The notes: a model not told the origin generated them from the letters alone. A DNA stretch of 64,000 nucleotides from Candidatus Fervidifonticultor secundus (GCA_031459385.1 JAVKIP010000005.1:103216-167215), one strand, 5' to 3'; counted from the first letter of the stretch, positions 50,549 through 60,173 are shown. Made by a program: numbers and translations.

Positions 50549-51624
50549 GCGCGCTGGCCGCCACGCGTCCTGCGGTCGACCTCGCCGACACGCCCATCGT
50601 CACCATCGATCTCGACCGAATGGAGCGCAACATCCAGCGGCTCCAGGCCTACTGCGACGCCCACGGCATCGCCAACCGGCCGCACATCAAGACCCACAAG
50701 ATTCCCGCCATCGCGCGCCAGCAGCTCGCCGCCGGGGCACGCGGGATCACCTGTCAGAAACTGGGCGAGGCCCGGGTGATGCTGGACGCGGGCATCACCG
50801 ACATCTTCCTCACCTTCAACGTGCTGGGCGAGGCGAAGCTGGCGCGCTTGCGCGCGCTGGCCGCACGGCCCGGCGCCCGGATCTCGGTCGCCTGCGACAA
50901 CCTGCCGGTCGCCCAGGCGCTCTCCGGCGCCTTCGCCGACGCCGCCGAGCCGCTGGCCGTGCTCGTCGAGTGCGACACGGGCATGGGCCGCAACGGCGTG
51001 CAGACGCCCGCCGACGCCGTGGCGCTGGCGCAGGCCATCGCGCGCCTGCCGGGACTGCGCTTCGCCGGCATCATGACCTACCCCATCATGCCCGACACGC
51101 GCCCGTTCTTCGAGGCGGCGCTGACGTTGCTGGAGCGCGCGGGCTTGCCCGCGGCCGTGGTGTCCACCGGGGGCACACCGGTCTACCGCCAGGCCCACGA
51201 GGTGCCCGGGGTCACCGAGCACCGCGCGGGGACGTACGTGTTCAACGACCGCGCCACGGTGGCGGCGGGCGCGGCGACGTGGGACGACTGCGCCATGCGC
51301 ATCCGCACCACGGTGGTGAGCCGGCCCACGGCGACCCGCGCCATCCTCGACGCCGGATCGAAGACGCTGTCCACGGACCTGCTGTCCCAGCAGGGGCACG
51401 GCCACATCGTCGAGTACCCCGAGGCGGTGATCGTACGACTCAGCGAGGAGCACGGCCACGTGGACCTGAGCGCCTGCGCCCGCCGGCCCGAGGTGGGCGA
51501 GATCGTCACCGTGATCCCCAATCACACCTGCGTGGTGACCAACCTGCACGAGCAGCTCATCGGCGTCCGCGGCGGCCGCGTCGAGGTGGTCTGGGACGTC
51601 GCCGCCCGCGGGCTCGTGCGGTAG
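50545..51624 (+). CDS. Fold-type III PLP enzyme, D-threonine aldolase/D-serine dehydratase (DSD1) family
   Basis: RPHIKTHK (PLP Lys), GGTP, DAGSKTLS, SEEHG, PNHTC. Confidence 0.9.
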   Translation: MSALAATRPAVDLADTPIVTIDLDRMERNIQRLQAYCDAHGIANRPHIKTHKIPAIARQQLAAGARGITCQKLGEARVMLDAGITDIFLTFNVLGEAKLARLRALAARPGARISVACDNLPVAQALSGAFADAAEPLAVLVECDTGMGRNGVQTPADAVALAQAIARLPGLRFAGIMTYPIMPDTRPFFEAALTLLERAGLPAAVVSTGGTPVYRQAHEVPGVTEHRAGTYVFNDRATVAAGAATWDDCAMRIRTTVVSRPTATRAILDAGSKTLSTDLLSQQGHGHIVEYPEAVIVRLSEEHGHVDLSACARRPEVGEIVTVIPNHTCVVTNLHEQLIGVRGGRVEVVWDVAARGLVR

Positions 51625-51630
51625 GCGCGA

Positions 51631-53538
51631 CTAGCGGTTCTCCCGCCGGAGCGTCACCGCCACGCCGAGGTGGTCCGAGGCCTGCCCGCCGGCCGTGCGG
51701 AACGCCTCGGCGGAGAGGTCGGGCGAGATCCAGACGTAGTCGATGCGACGAGCGGGACGGCTGGCGGGGTATGTGTGGCCGTCGCCCGCGCCGGCTGCCT
51801 CGAACGCGTCGCGCAGCCCGGCCCCACGGAGCATCGCGATCTCGGGCGCGTCCGGCACGGCGTTGAGGTCGCCCAGCACCGCGGCGCGGTCGCGCTGGTT
51901 CCACAGCCGCACGAGGGCCGCCGCCTGCTGGCGCCTGATCTCCCCTTCTGCCTCCACGTGGTGGAAGTGGGTCGCAAGCACTAGCAGGCGGTCCCGGCCG
52001 CCGATCTCAACCTGCACCTCCAGGACGCTGCGGCGCATCGCCGCCAGCCCGCGGGGCAGCGGCACGACGGTGCTGGTGAGGATCGGCCGCCGCGAGAGCA
52101 CGGCGTTGCCCCACGCCACGTCGGCAGCGGGCGCCCAGGCCGCGGCCATGCGCAGGCGGCGCGCGAGCCAGGCCAGCAGGTCGGTGGACCCGTTGATGAC
52201 CCATCCGCGTGACACTTCCTGCAGCGCCACCACCTCGGCCCCCTCGGCCTCGATCGCGCGCGCCAGCGCCTCCAGATCCTGCGCACCCGCCATCCCATAC
52301 CCCTGGTGGAGGTTGTACGACATGACGCGCACGGGCCAGCCCGCGCCGACGACTTCCTCGGGCGGCCGCTGCACCGCCCACAGGAGCACGGGCACCAGCA
52401 GCAGCACCCGCAGGGTGCGTGCCGGCACCGCCTGCAGTTCGGGCAGCGCGGCGAGCGCCAGCGCCTGCCGGCCCGCCAGCACGGCGGCGAGCGCCGCCAG
52501 CGTCGGCGGGATGACGGCGTTCTCCACGGGCGTGCGGATGTCGTAGGTGAGATAGTAGACGACCGTGGGGACCGCAAGGCCCAGCATCGCCAGGCCCCAC
52601 CCCGCGGTCCGGGCCGCGCCGCTGCCGGTGCGGGCTGCGGGCGCGCCGATCGCAGCTACCATGAGCACGACCGACGCCACGGTGCCCACAGTGACCGCAA
52701 CCGCGGCGGCGGTGCCGGCGCCGTGGGCGAGCGCCGCCGCCGGGACCAGCAGGACGGCCGCGGCGAGCCCGACGCGCGGCCCCCTGAGCCAGGCGCCCAC
52801 CGCCACCGCCAGCAGGTCCGACGCCAGGATCCAGAACAGCGCCGCCGGCAGCCCCCAGCCCGTGCCCGCGGCCAGGCGGGCCGTGTTCTGAAAGAGCAAC
52901 AGGTGCAAGAACAGCAGCGGGCCGAGCGCAGCCAGCGCCCAGCCGCCGCCCGCAGGCGCCGCGGGGAGACTGCCTCTGTCTTGTACCCGGCTGCCGTGCG
53001 CGGGCGCCGTGGTGCGCGCGTCCCTGCCCCGCGCGGCCAGCGCGGCGAGCAGCGCGGCGAGGGCGACGCCCGTGACGAGGGCCGCAGGCCTCCGCTGCCA
53101 GACGACGTCCCACGTGCCGAAGGCACCGGCGATGGCGGCGTCGAGGGCGAGACCGGCCGCGAGCGCCAGCGCGGCCTGCGCACCGGCGTCCGCGCCCTCT
53201 GTACGGGTCCGCCAGAACAGCGCGGCCCAGAACCACAGCGTCACCGCCACCCCCGCAGCAGCCAGCGGCAGCGCGACCGCGGCGGGCACGATCTGGAGCA
53301 CCAGCCGCACCCCGGCCATCGCCAGGGCCGTGCCCGCCAGCAGGCGCGGGCCCAGCAGGCGCTGTGCCGGGCCGGCGAGCCAAGCCGTGAGGAAGACCGC
53401 GATGGCCAGGCCGCCCATGTGCAGAGACGTGACACCCGGACGCGGTCCGTAGACGTAGACGACCAGCGGCATGAAGACGCGCACGATCTGCAGCCCCACG
53501 GCGCTGCCGATCGTACACATCCAGAACGCGCCGGGCAT
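51631..53538 (-). CDS. Multi-pass membrane protein with C-terminal endonuclease/exonuclease/phosphatase domain
   Basis: More than 10 TM segments, then SYNLH, LQEV, GDLN, RIDY, SDH. Confidence 0.88.
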   Translation of the reverse strand: MPGAFWMCTIGSAVGLQIVRVFMPLVVYVYGPRPGVTSLHMGGLAIAVFLTAWLAGPAQRLLGPRLLAGTALAMAGVRLVLQIVPAAVALPLAAAGVAVTLWFWAALFWRTRTEGADAGAQAALALAAGLALDAAIAGAFGTWDVVWQRRPAALVTGVALAALLAALAARGRDARTTAPAHGSRVQDRGSLPAAPAGGGWALAALGPLLFLHLLLFQNTARLAAGTGWGLPAALFWILASDLLAVAVGAWLRGPRVGLAAAVLLVPAAALAHGAGTAAAVAVTVGTVASVVLMVAAIGAPAARTGSGAARTAGWGLAMLGLAVPTVVYYLTYDIRTPVENAVIPPTLAALAAVLAGRQALALAALPELQAVPARTLRVLLLVPVLLWAVQRPPEEVVGAGWPVRVMSYNLHQGYGMAGAQDLEALARAIEAEGAEVVALQEVSRGWVINGSTDLLAWLARRLRMAAAWAPAADVAWGNAVLSRRPILTSTVVPLPRGLAAMRRSVLEVQVEIGGRDRLLVLATHFHHVEAEGEIRRQQAAALVRLWNQRDRAAVLGDLNAVPDAPEIAMLRGAGLRDAFEAAGAGDGHTYPASRPARRIDYVWISPDLSAEAFRTAGGQASDHLGVAVTLRRENR

Positions 53539-53539
53539 C

Positions 53540-54157
53540 CTACCCGCGGCCGCGGCCCTCCCAGGGGACGTCGCCGCGGCCCTCGCGGTGGTTGAGCCAG
53601 CGGGCCAAGACGAAGAGGGCATCGGAGAGGCGATTGAGGTATCGCACGATCTCCGGATTGACCGCGGCGGATCGCCCCAGGGTCACCACGCGCCGCTCGG
53701 CGCGGCGCACCACCGACCGCGCGACCTGGCAGAGTGCGGCAGCTGCGCTGCCGCCCGGCAGCACGAACTGGCGCAAAGGCGGCAGGTCCGCCTCCCATGC
53801 ATCGATCAGCGCCTCGAGGGCCGCCACGTCCTCCGGCCGCACCGCGGGCGCGCGAGCCGGCCCGGGCGCGGCATCGGGCGCCGGGGGGCCGGCGGGCACG
53901 ACCCGCTCGCCCGGCGCAGACGTGGCAGAGGGCGCGGGCGTGGCCAGTTCGGCGCCGATCGCGAACAGCACGCGCTGCATGCTGTAGACGATGGCGGCCA
54001 GGTCGCCCTCGAGGTGTGCGGCGAGCAGCCCGAGTACGCTGTTCGCCTCGTCCACGGTGCCGTATGCTTCCACCCGCGGATCGTCTTTGGACACGCGCCG
54101 GCCGCCCAACAGGCCGGTCTCACCGGCATCGCCCGTGCGGGTGTAGATGCGTGGCAT
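53540..54157 (-). CDS. pduO: ATP:cob(I)alamin adenosyltransferase (PduO-type)
   Basis: IYTRTGDAGET, YGTVDEANS, RRAER, YLNRLSD. Confidence 0.93.
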   Translation of the reverse strand: MPRIYTRTGDAGETGLLGGRRVSKDDPRVEAYGTVDEANSVLGLLAAHLEGDLAAIVYSMQRVLFAIGAELATPAPSATSAPGERVVPAGPPAPDAAPGPARAPAVRPEDVAALEALIDAWEADLPPLRQFVLPGGSAAAALCQVARSVVRRAERRVVTLGRSAAVNPEIVRYLNRLSDALFVLARWLNHREGRGDVPWEGRGRG

Positions 54158-54173
54158 CGCCGGGCCCGACGGC

Positions 54174-56303
54174 CTACGGCGCCCGCCCGCCGTGGGCGGG
54201 CACGCCGGTCGTCCCCTGCTCCGCCGCTGCGGGCGCGGACGCCGGCTCGGGCGCCGCCTGTACCGGCACGGCGGCGAGGTGCCGGTCGAACCAGTCGCGG
54301 ATCAGCCGCAGCCGTTCCACCCGGTGGCCGGGCTGCCCGCTGCGGGAGAGGTCGTGGCCCTCGTCGGGGAAGCGCACGAACACCACCTCGCGCCCCAGCT
54401 TCTTCAGCGCGGTGAACAGCTGCTCGGCCTCGCCGATCGGGCAGCGCAGGTCCTGCTCGCTGTGCAGGATGAGCAGAGGCGTCGTGATGCGGTGCACGTG
54501 AGCCAGCGGCGAGCGTTCCCAGTAGAACGTGGGGTTTTCCCACGGGTCGCCGGGAAACTCCCAGTACCCCTTGAAGTACGCCAGGTCGCTGGTGCCCCAC
54601 TGGCTCAGGCAGTTGACGATGGAGCGCATCGTCACCGCCGCCTGGAAGCGCGGTGTGTGGCCGATGATCCAGTTGGTCATGAAGCCGCCGTAAGAGCCGC
54701 CCTGCACGCCGAGGCGCTGTGGGTCCAGGAAGGGAAAGCGCGCCAGCGCCGCGTCCAGGCCGGCCAGGATGTCCTCGCAGTCCTTGCCGCCCCAGTCGTG
54801 GTGGGTGGCGGCCGTGAACGCCTGCCCGTACCCCTGGCTGCCGCGCGGGTTGGTGAAGACCAGCGCGTACCCTGCGCCAGCCAGCACCTGGAACTCGTGG
54901 AAAAACGTCTCACCATAGGCGGCGTGCGGTCCGCCGTGGATGCACAGGATCGTCGGCGCCCGCGCGTCGGGTGCCGCGCCCACCGGCGCCATGACCCACC
55001 CTTCGATGGTCCAGTCGTCGGCGCCGCGATAGGCGAAGCGTTGCGGAGTGCTCAGGGCCACGCCTGCCAGGAGTTCCTGGTTGACCGCGGTCAGGCGCCG
55101 CGCACCCGCCACCGCCGGCCGGCCGTCGGCCGGCCCCTCCACGTCGGCGATCCACACGTCGCCGGGCTCGGCGGGCGTGGAGATCGCCATGGCCACACGC
55201 GCGCACCGGGCATCGAAGGATGCGGCGTAGATGTCGTGACGGCCCGTGGTCACCAGGTGCACGAGCCCCGTCGAGACCTCGACGGCTGCGAGCTGCGTGG
55301 ACCCGCCGTCGGCGACCAGGACGAACAGGAACCGGCCGTCGGGTGACCACACCGGCCCGCTGCCGCGCGGGTGCGCGCGCATGTCCGACAGCAGGTGGTG
55401 CGCCAGCGACCGGTCGTAGTGTCGGGTCAGGCACCGGGGCTCGCCCGACCCGTCGGCTGACACCACCCACAGCATGACGTTCGAGGCGCCCATGCAGGCG
55501 TTCTCGTGCCCGAGGTAGGCGATCTGCGCGCCGTCGGGCGACCACGCCGGCGAGGCCACCGGGCCCACGCTGCGCGTGAGCCGCCGCGGGGCGCCTCCTG
55601 TCGCGTCCACCACCCAGAGGTCGGCAACGTTGGTGGCATCGGCGTCCTCGGAGCGGTTGGCGACGAACGCCAGCCGGCGGCCGTCGGGGCTCCAGGCGGG
55701 CTCGCGGTGGTCGAACGGCCCGGCGGTGAGCTGCCAGGCAGGTCCGCCGGCCGCCGGCACCACGAAGATGTGCCGGTAGCGGCCGTCCCAGAGTCCCTCG
55801 CCGTCCGCCTTGTGCCGCAGGCGCGTGATGATCTTGACGTCACAGGCGGGCGGCTCGGTCACCGGTGGCTTGCCCGAGAAGGCGATCTGCGTGCCGTCGG
55901 GCGACCAGGCCGGCTCGACGGGACCGTGCTCTGCCTGGGTGAGCTGCCGGGCCTCGCCGCCCGCTGCGGGAATCACCCAGAGGTGCGCAGGCGGCTTGCC
56001 CGTGGCCGCAGGCGCAGCCCTGCGGTCCGAGAGGAACAGCACGGCACGGCCATCGGGCGACCAGACCGGATGCCGGTCGCGCTGCTCGCCGGTCGTGAAC
56101 TGCCGCGGCTCGCCGCCGCCGGCGTCGACGACCCACAGGTGCGACCGGTAGTCGAAGCGCCGCGCGCCGCTGGCACCGGGGAAGGAGCCTACGCGCTCGA
56201 GCGCGTAGGCCACGGTCCGGCCGTCTGGCGCCAGCGCCACGTCCGTCACCCAGCGCAGCGACAGCAGATCCTCGGGGGTCATCGGGCGACCGTTCATCAT
56301 CAC
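54174..56303 (-). CDS. S9 family peptidase
   Basis: WSPDG repeats, IHGGPH, GGSYGG, EQDLRC, EGH. Confidence 0.95.
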   Translation of the reverse strand: MMMNGRPMTPEDLLSLRWVTDVALAPDGRTVAYALERVGSFPGASGARRFDYRSHLWVVDAGGGEPRQFTTGEQRDRHPVWSPDGRAVLFLSDRRAAPAATGKPPAHLWVIPAAGGEARQLTQAEHGPVEPAWSPDGTQIAFSGKPPVTEPPACDVKIITRLRHKADGEGLWDGRYRHIFVVPAAGGPAWQLTAGPFDHREPAWSPDGRRLAFVANRSEDADATNVADLWVVDATGGAPRRLTRSVGPVASPAWSPDGAQIAYLGHENACMGASNVMLWVVSADGSGEPRCLTRHYDRSLAHHLLSDMRAHPRGSGPVWSPDGRFLFVLVADGGSTQLAAVEVSTGLVHLVTTGRHDIYAASFDARCARVAMAISTPAEPGDVWIADVEGPADGRPAVAGARRLTAVNQELLAGVALSTPQRFAYRGADDWTIEGWVMAPVGAAPDARAPTILCIHGGPHAAYGETFFHEFQVLAGAGYALVFTNPRGSQGYGQAFTAATHHDWGGKDCEDILAGLDAALARFPFLDPQRLGVQGGSYGGFMTNWIIGHTPRFQAAVTMRSIVNCLSQWGTSDLAYFKGYWEFPGDPWENPTFYWERSPLAHVHRITTPLLILHSEQDLRCPIGEAEQLFTALKKLGREVVFVRFPDEGHDLSRSGQPGHRVERLRLIRDWFDRHLAAVPVQAAPEPASAPAAAEQGTTGVPAHGGRAP

Positions 56304-56333
56304 ACACGCTCCCTGCGGGGGAACCGCATCGTC

Positions 56334-57065
56334 CTACCGGCCCAGGGCCAGCCGCTCGATCAGCGGCGAGGGCAGGCCAGCGGCCTCCATCTTGCGCTGG
56401 ACGTCGGCGACGGGGTAGGCCACCCGGAAGAGCGTGACCTCCTGTCGCCCGGTGTCCAGCAGCACGTACGCCGCGCGTGGGTCGCCGTCGCGCGGCTGCC
56501 CCACGCTGCCGACGTTGATGATGTACCGGTGGGTCGGCTCGAGCGGGAGCGGGACCTCTGGCAGCAGGCCGGCCGCGCCGACGCGGTGGCGCGTCGCCGC
56601 GAAGACCGCCGGCTGGTGCGTGTGGCCCACCACAGCAATCCGGAACCCGTCGGCCGCGAAGCTGGCGCGCGCCGTGCGCACGTCGAGAATGTACTCGTCG
56701 GCCGGCTGCCGCGGGCTCCCGTGCACGAGCAGGACGCCTTCGACTTCTGCGCGTTCGGGCAGGGCGGCCAGGTACGCGCGCGCTGCGTCGGTCAGCGCGC
56801 GCTGCGTCCAGACGATGGCTTCCTGCGCCCACAGGTTGAAGTCGGCGATGGGGCGCGCGCCCAGCGCCGCCAGGTCGTGGTTGCCGACTACTGCGGCGCG
56901 CACGCGCGCGGCCAGCACGTCCACGCAGGCGTTGGGGTCGGGGCCGTAGCCAACGAAGTCGCCCAGGCAGAGCAGCGCGTCCGGCCGCTGCGCCTCCGCG
57001 TGGTCGAGCACCGCGCGGAGCGCCTCGAGGTTCGCGTGCACGTCGGACAGGATCGCCAGGCGCAC
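56334..57065 (-). CDS. Metallophosphoesterase (YfcE/calcineurin-like)
   Basis: SDVHAN, LGDFVGYG, GNHD, GHTH, NVGSVGQPRDG. Confidence 0.93.
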   Translation of the reverse strand: MRLAILSDVHANLEALRAVLDHAEAQRPDALLCLGDFVGYGPDPNACVDVLAARVRAAVVGNHDLAALGARPIADFNLWAQEAIVWTQRALTDAARAYLAALPERAEVEGVLLVHGSPRQPADEYILDVRTARASFAADGFRIAVVGHTHQPAVFAATRHRVGAAGLLPEVPLPLEPTHRYIINVGSVGQPRDGDPRAAYVLLDTGRQEVTLFRVAYPVADVQRKMEAAGLPSPLIERLALGR

Positions 57066-57072
57066 GGCAGGC

Positions 57073-57549
57073 TCAGTCCGGGGGGCGCGCGCGGTCCACC
57101 GCGCCGGGGTGGACGGCCGCCGGCGGCGCGCCGGGTGGGCCCAGGTGGCGGCGCACGAACGTCCACACGATGACCGCACCGGCTGCGGCCGCCACAGCCG
57201 GGAAGACCCACAGGAGCACGCCCGAACCGCGCGCCGGCGGCGCAGCCAGCACGCCCTGGCCGAACTGCGCCACGAAGTACGCGATGATCTCCTCGCGCGA
57301 CTGCCCCTGTGTCAGCCGCGCGCGGATGATCGCGCGCATCTGCCGCGCCAGCTCGGCGTCGGATTCCGCCACGGTCTGCCCGGCGCACACCGGGCACATG
57401 AACTCGCGCGCGATGGCGTAGACCTGATCGTCGAGCGTGGGCGCGCCCCACGCCGCCGCCGCCAGCACGGCCGCGCTCCCCCGGCCCGCAAGGGCCCACG
57501 CCAGGGGCCTGCCGGCGCGCCGGCGCGGGGAAGATACGACAGCCGTCAC
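57073..57549 (-). CDS. ccmH: Cytochrome c biogenesis protein CcmH/CycL
   Basis: MCPVCAGQTVAES...LA.QMR..I, YFV.QFG..VL..P, C-terminal TM. Confidence 0.88.
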   Translation of the reverse strand: MTAVVSSPRRRAGRPLAWALAGRGSAAVLAAAAWGAPTLDDQVYAIAREFMCPVCAGQTVAESDAELARQMRAIIRARLTQGQSREEIIAYFVAQFGQGVLAAPPARGSGVLLWVFPAVAAAAGAVIVWTFVRRHLGPPGAPPAAVHPGAVDRARPPD

Positions 57550-58379
57550 ACCAGCGCCGCCTCCGCGCGCCGCTGCTCCCAGCGGCACCCGAGCCGGCGG
57601 TACAGGTCCACCGCGGCCGCCTGCTCGTCGAACGCCTCCGGCTGATCGAGCGCGGCCAGCGCCCGCGCCAGCGCCAGGCGCGCCGCGGCCTCATGGTAGC
57701 GGTCGCCCCCCGCGGCCAGCACCGCGATGGCCTCGCGGGCAACCGCCTCGGCTCTGGCGGCCCGCCCCGCCGCCACCAGGGCTTCCGCGTACCCCACGGC
57801 GGCCTGGGCCCGCCCGGCTCTGTCCTCTGGCGGCCAGCGCCTCCGGGCGTCTGCGTGCACGGCGGTGGCCCTGGCCCGCTCGCGCCGGTCGGCGGCGCGG
57901 CGGCGCAGCAGCTCGCCGCGGCTGGCCTGCGCCGCGGCCAGCCACGCCGCGCGCCGCGACGCCCGCGCCAGGCGGAGGGTCCGCTCGGAGTAGGCGAGCC
58001 CCTGCTCCAGGTAGCGCGATGCCTCGGCAGGGACCACGTCGGCAAGCTCGCTGCAGATGGCCTCGACATGCGTGCGGTAGGGAACGGCGGCGCCCTCGGA
58101 CTGCGCGCGGGTCACCAGGTTCACGAGTTCGCGGGCACGGGCGAGCGCGGCCTCCATCGCCTCCGGCTGCCGCGTGTAGCGCAGCGCCGTCGCCTGCCCC
58201 AGCAGCCAGGCGTCGAGGCGTGCCGGATCTCCCGCTGCGCGGACAGCAGCTTCCGCTGCCCGGAAGGCCTCCAGCGCCCGCGTCAGCGCCGCCGCGCCCT
58301 CCGCAAAGAAGGCGCGCAGCGCGGCCCAGCCCTCCACCAGAGGGTCCGAGGCCGATCGAGGCGACGGATGTGCGGCCAT
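57546..58379 (-). CDS. TPR-like all-helical hypothetical protein
   Basis: Ala/Leu/Arg helical repeats ending Y.RLG..W; GTGA overlap with ccmH. Confidence 0.7.
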   Translation of the reverse strand: MAAHPSPRSASDPLVEGWAALRAFFAEGAAALTRALEAFRAAEAAVRAAGDPARLDAWLLGQATALRYTRQPEAMEAALARARELVNLVTRAQSEGAAVPYRTHVEAICSELADVVPAEASRYLEQGLAYSERTLRLARASRRAAWLAAAQASRGELLRRRAADRRERARATAVHADARRRWPPEDRAGRAQAAVGYAEALVAAGRAARAEAVAREAIAVLAAGGDRYHEAAARLALARALAALDQPEAFDEQAAAVDLYRRLGCRWEQRRAEAALV

Positions 58380-58390
58380 GCGGGATCCGG

Positions 58391-59086
58391 TCAGTCGGCG
58401 AGCGCGGCGGTGGCGCTCTCGGCCCGCAGGCGCGCGCGCCACAGCACGACGATCAACACCACCGCCAGCGCCGCGCCCAGGGCGCGCCCGACCGGCACGC
58501 CGGCCACGAGCGGCAGGCGGCCGGCGAGCCCTGCGGCGACCTGCAGGACCCAGGCCAGCAGGAACGCGCCGCCGAGGCCGCCCCGCACGCCGGCCCTGCT
58601 CACGTATGCGGTGGTGCCGGTGTGCAGCAGCACGGGGAACAGGTAGCCCGTCACGGCCAGCATGGTGGACAGCGGCGTGGTGATCGGCGAGCCGACCAGG
58701 CGCAGCGCGCCGACCAGGCCCTGCTCCAGGTGCGTGGTAACCGCCGCGAACCCGGCGCCTGCGCCCGCTCCGTAGGCCAGCGCCGCCGGCGCGTCCGTGG
58801 GCAGCACACCCACGAGGGCGAGCGGCACCGTGGCCTTCACCAGTTCGGCAATCCCCACCGCCAGCATGATCTGCGCGGGCGCGGCCGCCGCGCTCCGGTA
58901 CAGCGCGCCGAACGGGCTCACCCACTCCCACGCGAGGTACGCGCCCTCGCGGGCGATCGGTCCGCTGATCGCGCCGGCCAGCACGCACAGCCAGAGGAAG
59001 GGGCGGCCGATCATCCGCCGTCCGGCCAGGGGGCCCAGCCCGAGGAGCGCGAAGGCAACGGCGATGGCGACCGCGAGCCCGTCCAT
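58391..59086 (-). CDS. PrsW/YhfC-like membrane protein with degenerate protease motifs
   Basis: About 7 TM segments; IAELVK, G.GFAAV, PVLLHTGTT. Confidence 0.6.
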   Translation of the reverse strand: MDGLAVAIAVAFALLGLGPLAGRRMIGRPFLWLCVLAGAISGPIAREGAYLAWEWVSPFGALYRSAAAAPAQIMLAVGIAELVKATVPLALVGVLPTDAPAALAYGAGAGAGFAAVTTHLEQGLVGALRLVGSPITTPLSTMLAVTGYLFPVLLHTGTTAYVSRAGVRGGLGGAFLLAWVLQVAAGLAGRLPLVAGVPVGRALGAALAVVLIVVLWRARLRAESATAALAD

Positions 59087-59090
59087 CGTC

Positions 59091-59471
59091 TCAGGCCTCC
59101 GGTGCCAGGGGCGCCGGCGCGAGCGGCGGCCGCCGCGGCGCGCCCACACGCTCGGCCCACAGCACCCGCAGCATCTCCAGCAACTCTCGCCGCCCGCGCT
59201 GCGTCAGCCGCACCGGCGGGCGTCGGCCCTGGCGGAACCGGCGGCGGGCCTCTTCGACGTAGAACGGCGCCCAGAACGTCCTGGCGTGCCCTTCGAGGAG
59301 CACCACCACCCGCCAGCCCACCCGTGCCTCGAGCCGACAGCGGTCTCCGGCGTGCACGACCCAGGCGTCGTCGGCACCGAACTCGCGGCGGAGGATCTCG
59401 CGCAGGCGGGCGGCCAGCTTCGCCCGGCCGGGCCAGTCGAGGATCGGCTGTACTGCCGCGGATTCAGTCAT
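59091..59471 (-). CDS. Hypothetical protein
   Basis: Tightly packed in the operon, overlapping the upstream ORF stop. Confidence 0.65.
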   Translation of the reverse strand: MTESAAVQPILDWPGRAKLAARLREILRREFGADDAWVVHAGDRCRLEARVGWRVVVLLEGHARTFWAPFYVEEARRRFRQGRRPPVRLTQRGRRELLEMLRVLWAERVGAPRRPPLAPAPLAPEA

Positions 59472-59730
59472 GCATCAGCCGGGCGTCGAGGACGTCGAGA
59501 AAGGCCGCGAGGTAGGCGGCGCCGATCTCCCGGGGCGGCACGCCCGGACGCAGCACACCGTCGGGGACCTCGAGCGCCGCCGCGATCTCGTGCACCAGGG
59601 GCCGCAGGGCGTGCACGTACATCTGGGTGTTCTTGCGTGCCGAGCGGGTGTGCGGGGCCGGCATGACGAACCCATGGCGACGCTCCCCGGGGGGAAGCAG
59701 CCGTGCACGCGTGCTCAGACCGGTCTTCAT
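59464..59730 (-). CDS. Hypothetical protein
   Basis: AAGGAGGT RBS before ATG at 59730. Confidence 0.7.
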   Translation of the reverse strand: MKTGLSTRARLLPPGERRHGFVMPAPHTRSARKNTQMYVHALRPLVHEIAAALEVPDGVLRPGVPPREIGAAYLAAFLDVLDARLMHD

Positions 59731-59771
59731 GCTTGCCGCCACCTCCTTGACGTGCGGACGTGCGGCGGACC

Positions 59772-60173
59772 TCACCATCCCTGCCCCGTCATCCAGGCCC
59801 TGGCCAGCAGACCGAACTCGGTCAGGCAGACGAGCCCCACGACGCGGGCCTCGCGGCCCGCCAGCGCATCGGCGTAGCGGCGGCGCAGGCGCCCGCCCGG
59901 GCGCAGCGCGACTAGCGCGAGCGCGCCGGCCAGCGACAGGACGCCGTAGAGCAGGTGCAGGCCGCGACCGGGCTGGCCCCCGCCCAGGTATACTCCCAGA
60001 CCCGAGGCGGCCTGCAGGATGACCAGCGCCGCTACCACCTGCGCCACGACCCAGAACCAGCCGGCCAGGGGACGGTTGCCAGGGAGGGCGACGGCGGCAG
60101 CCAGCACCAGCAGCAGGGCGCCGACGAGCGCGCCGTACAGGAGCACGAGGCTGGAATGGACGGTTCCGAGCAT
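59772..60173 (-). CDS. Hypothetical 4-TM membrane protein
   Basis: Four hydrophobic segments, Q...G..LHLLYG pattern, GGGAG RBS. Confidence 0.75.
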   Translation of the reverse strand: MLGTVHSSLVLLYGALVGALLLVLAAAVALPGNRPLAGWFWVVAQVVAALVILQAASGLGVYLGGGQPGRGLHLLYGVLSLAGALALVALRPGGRLRRRYADALAGREARVVGLVCLTEFGLLARAWMTGQGW

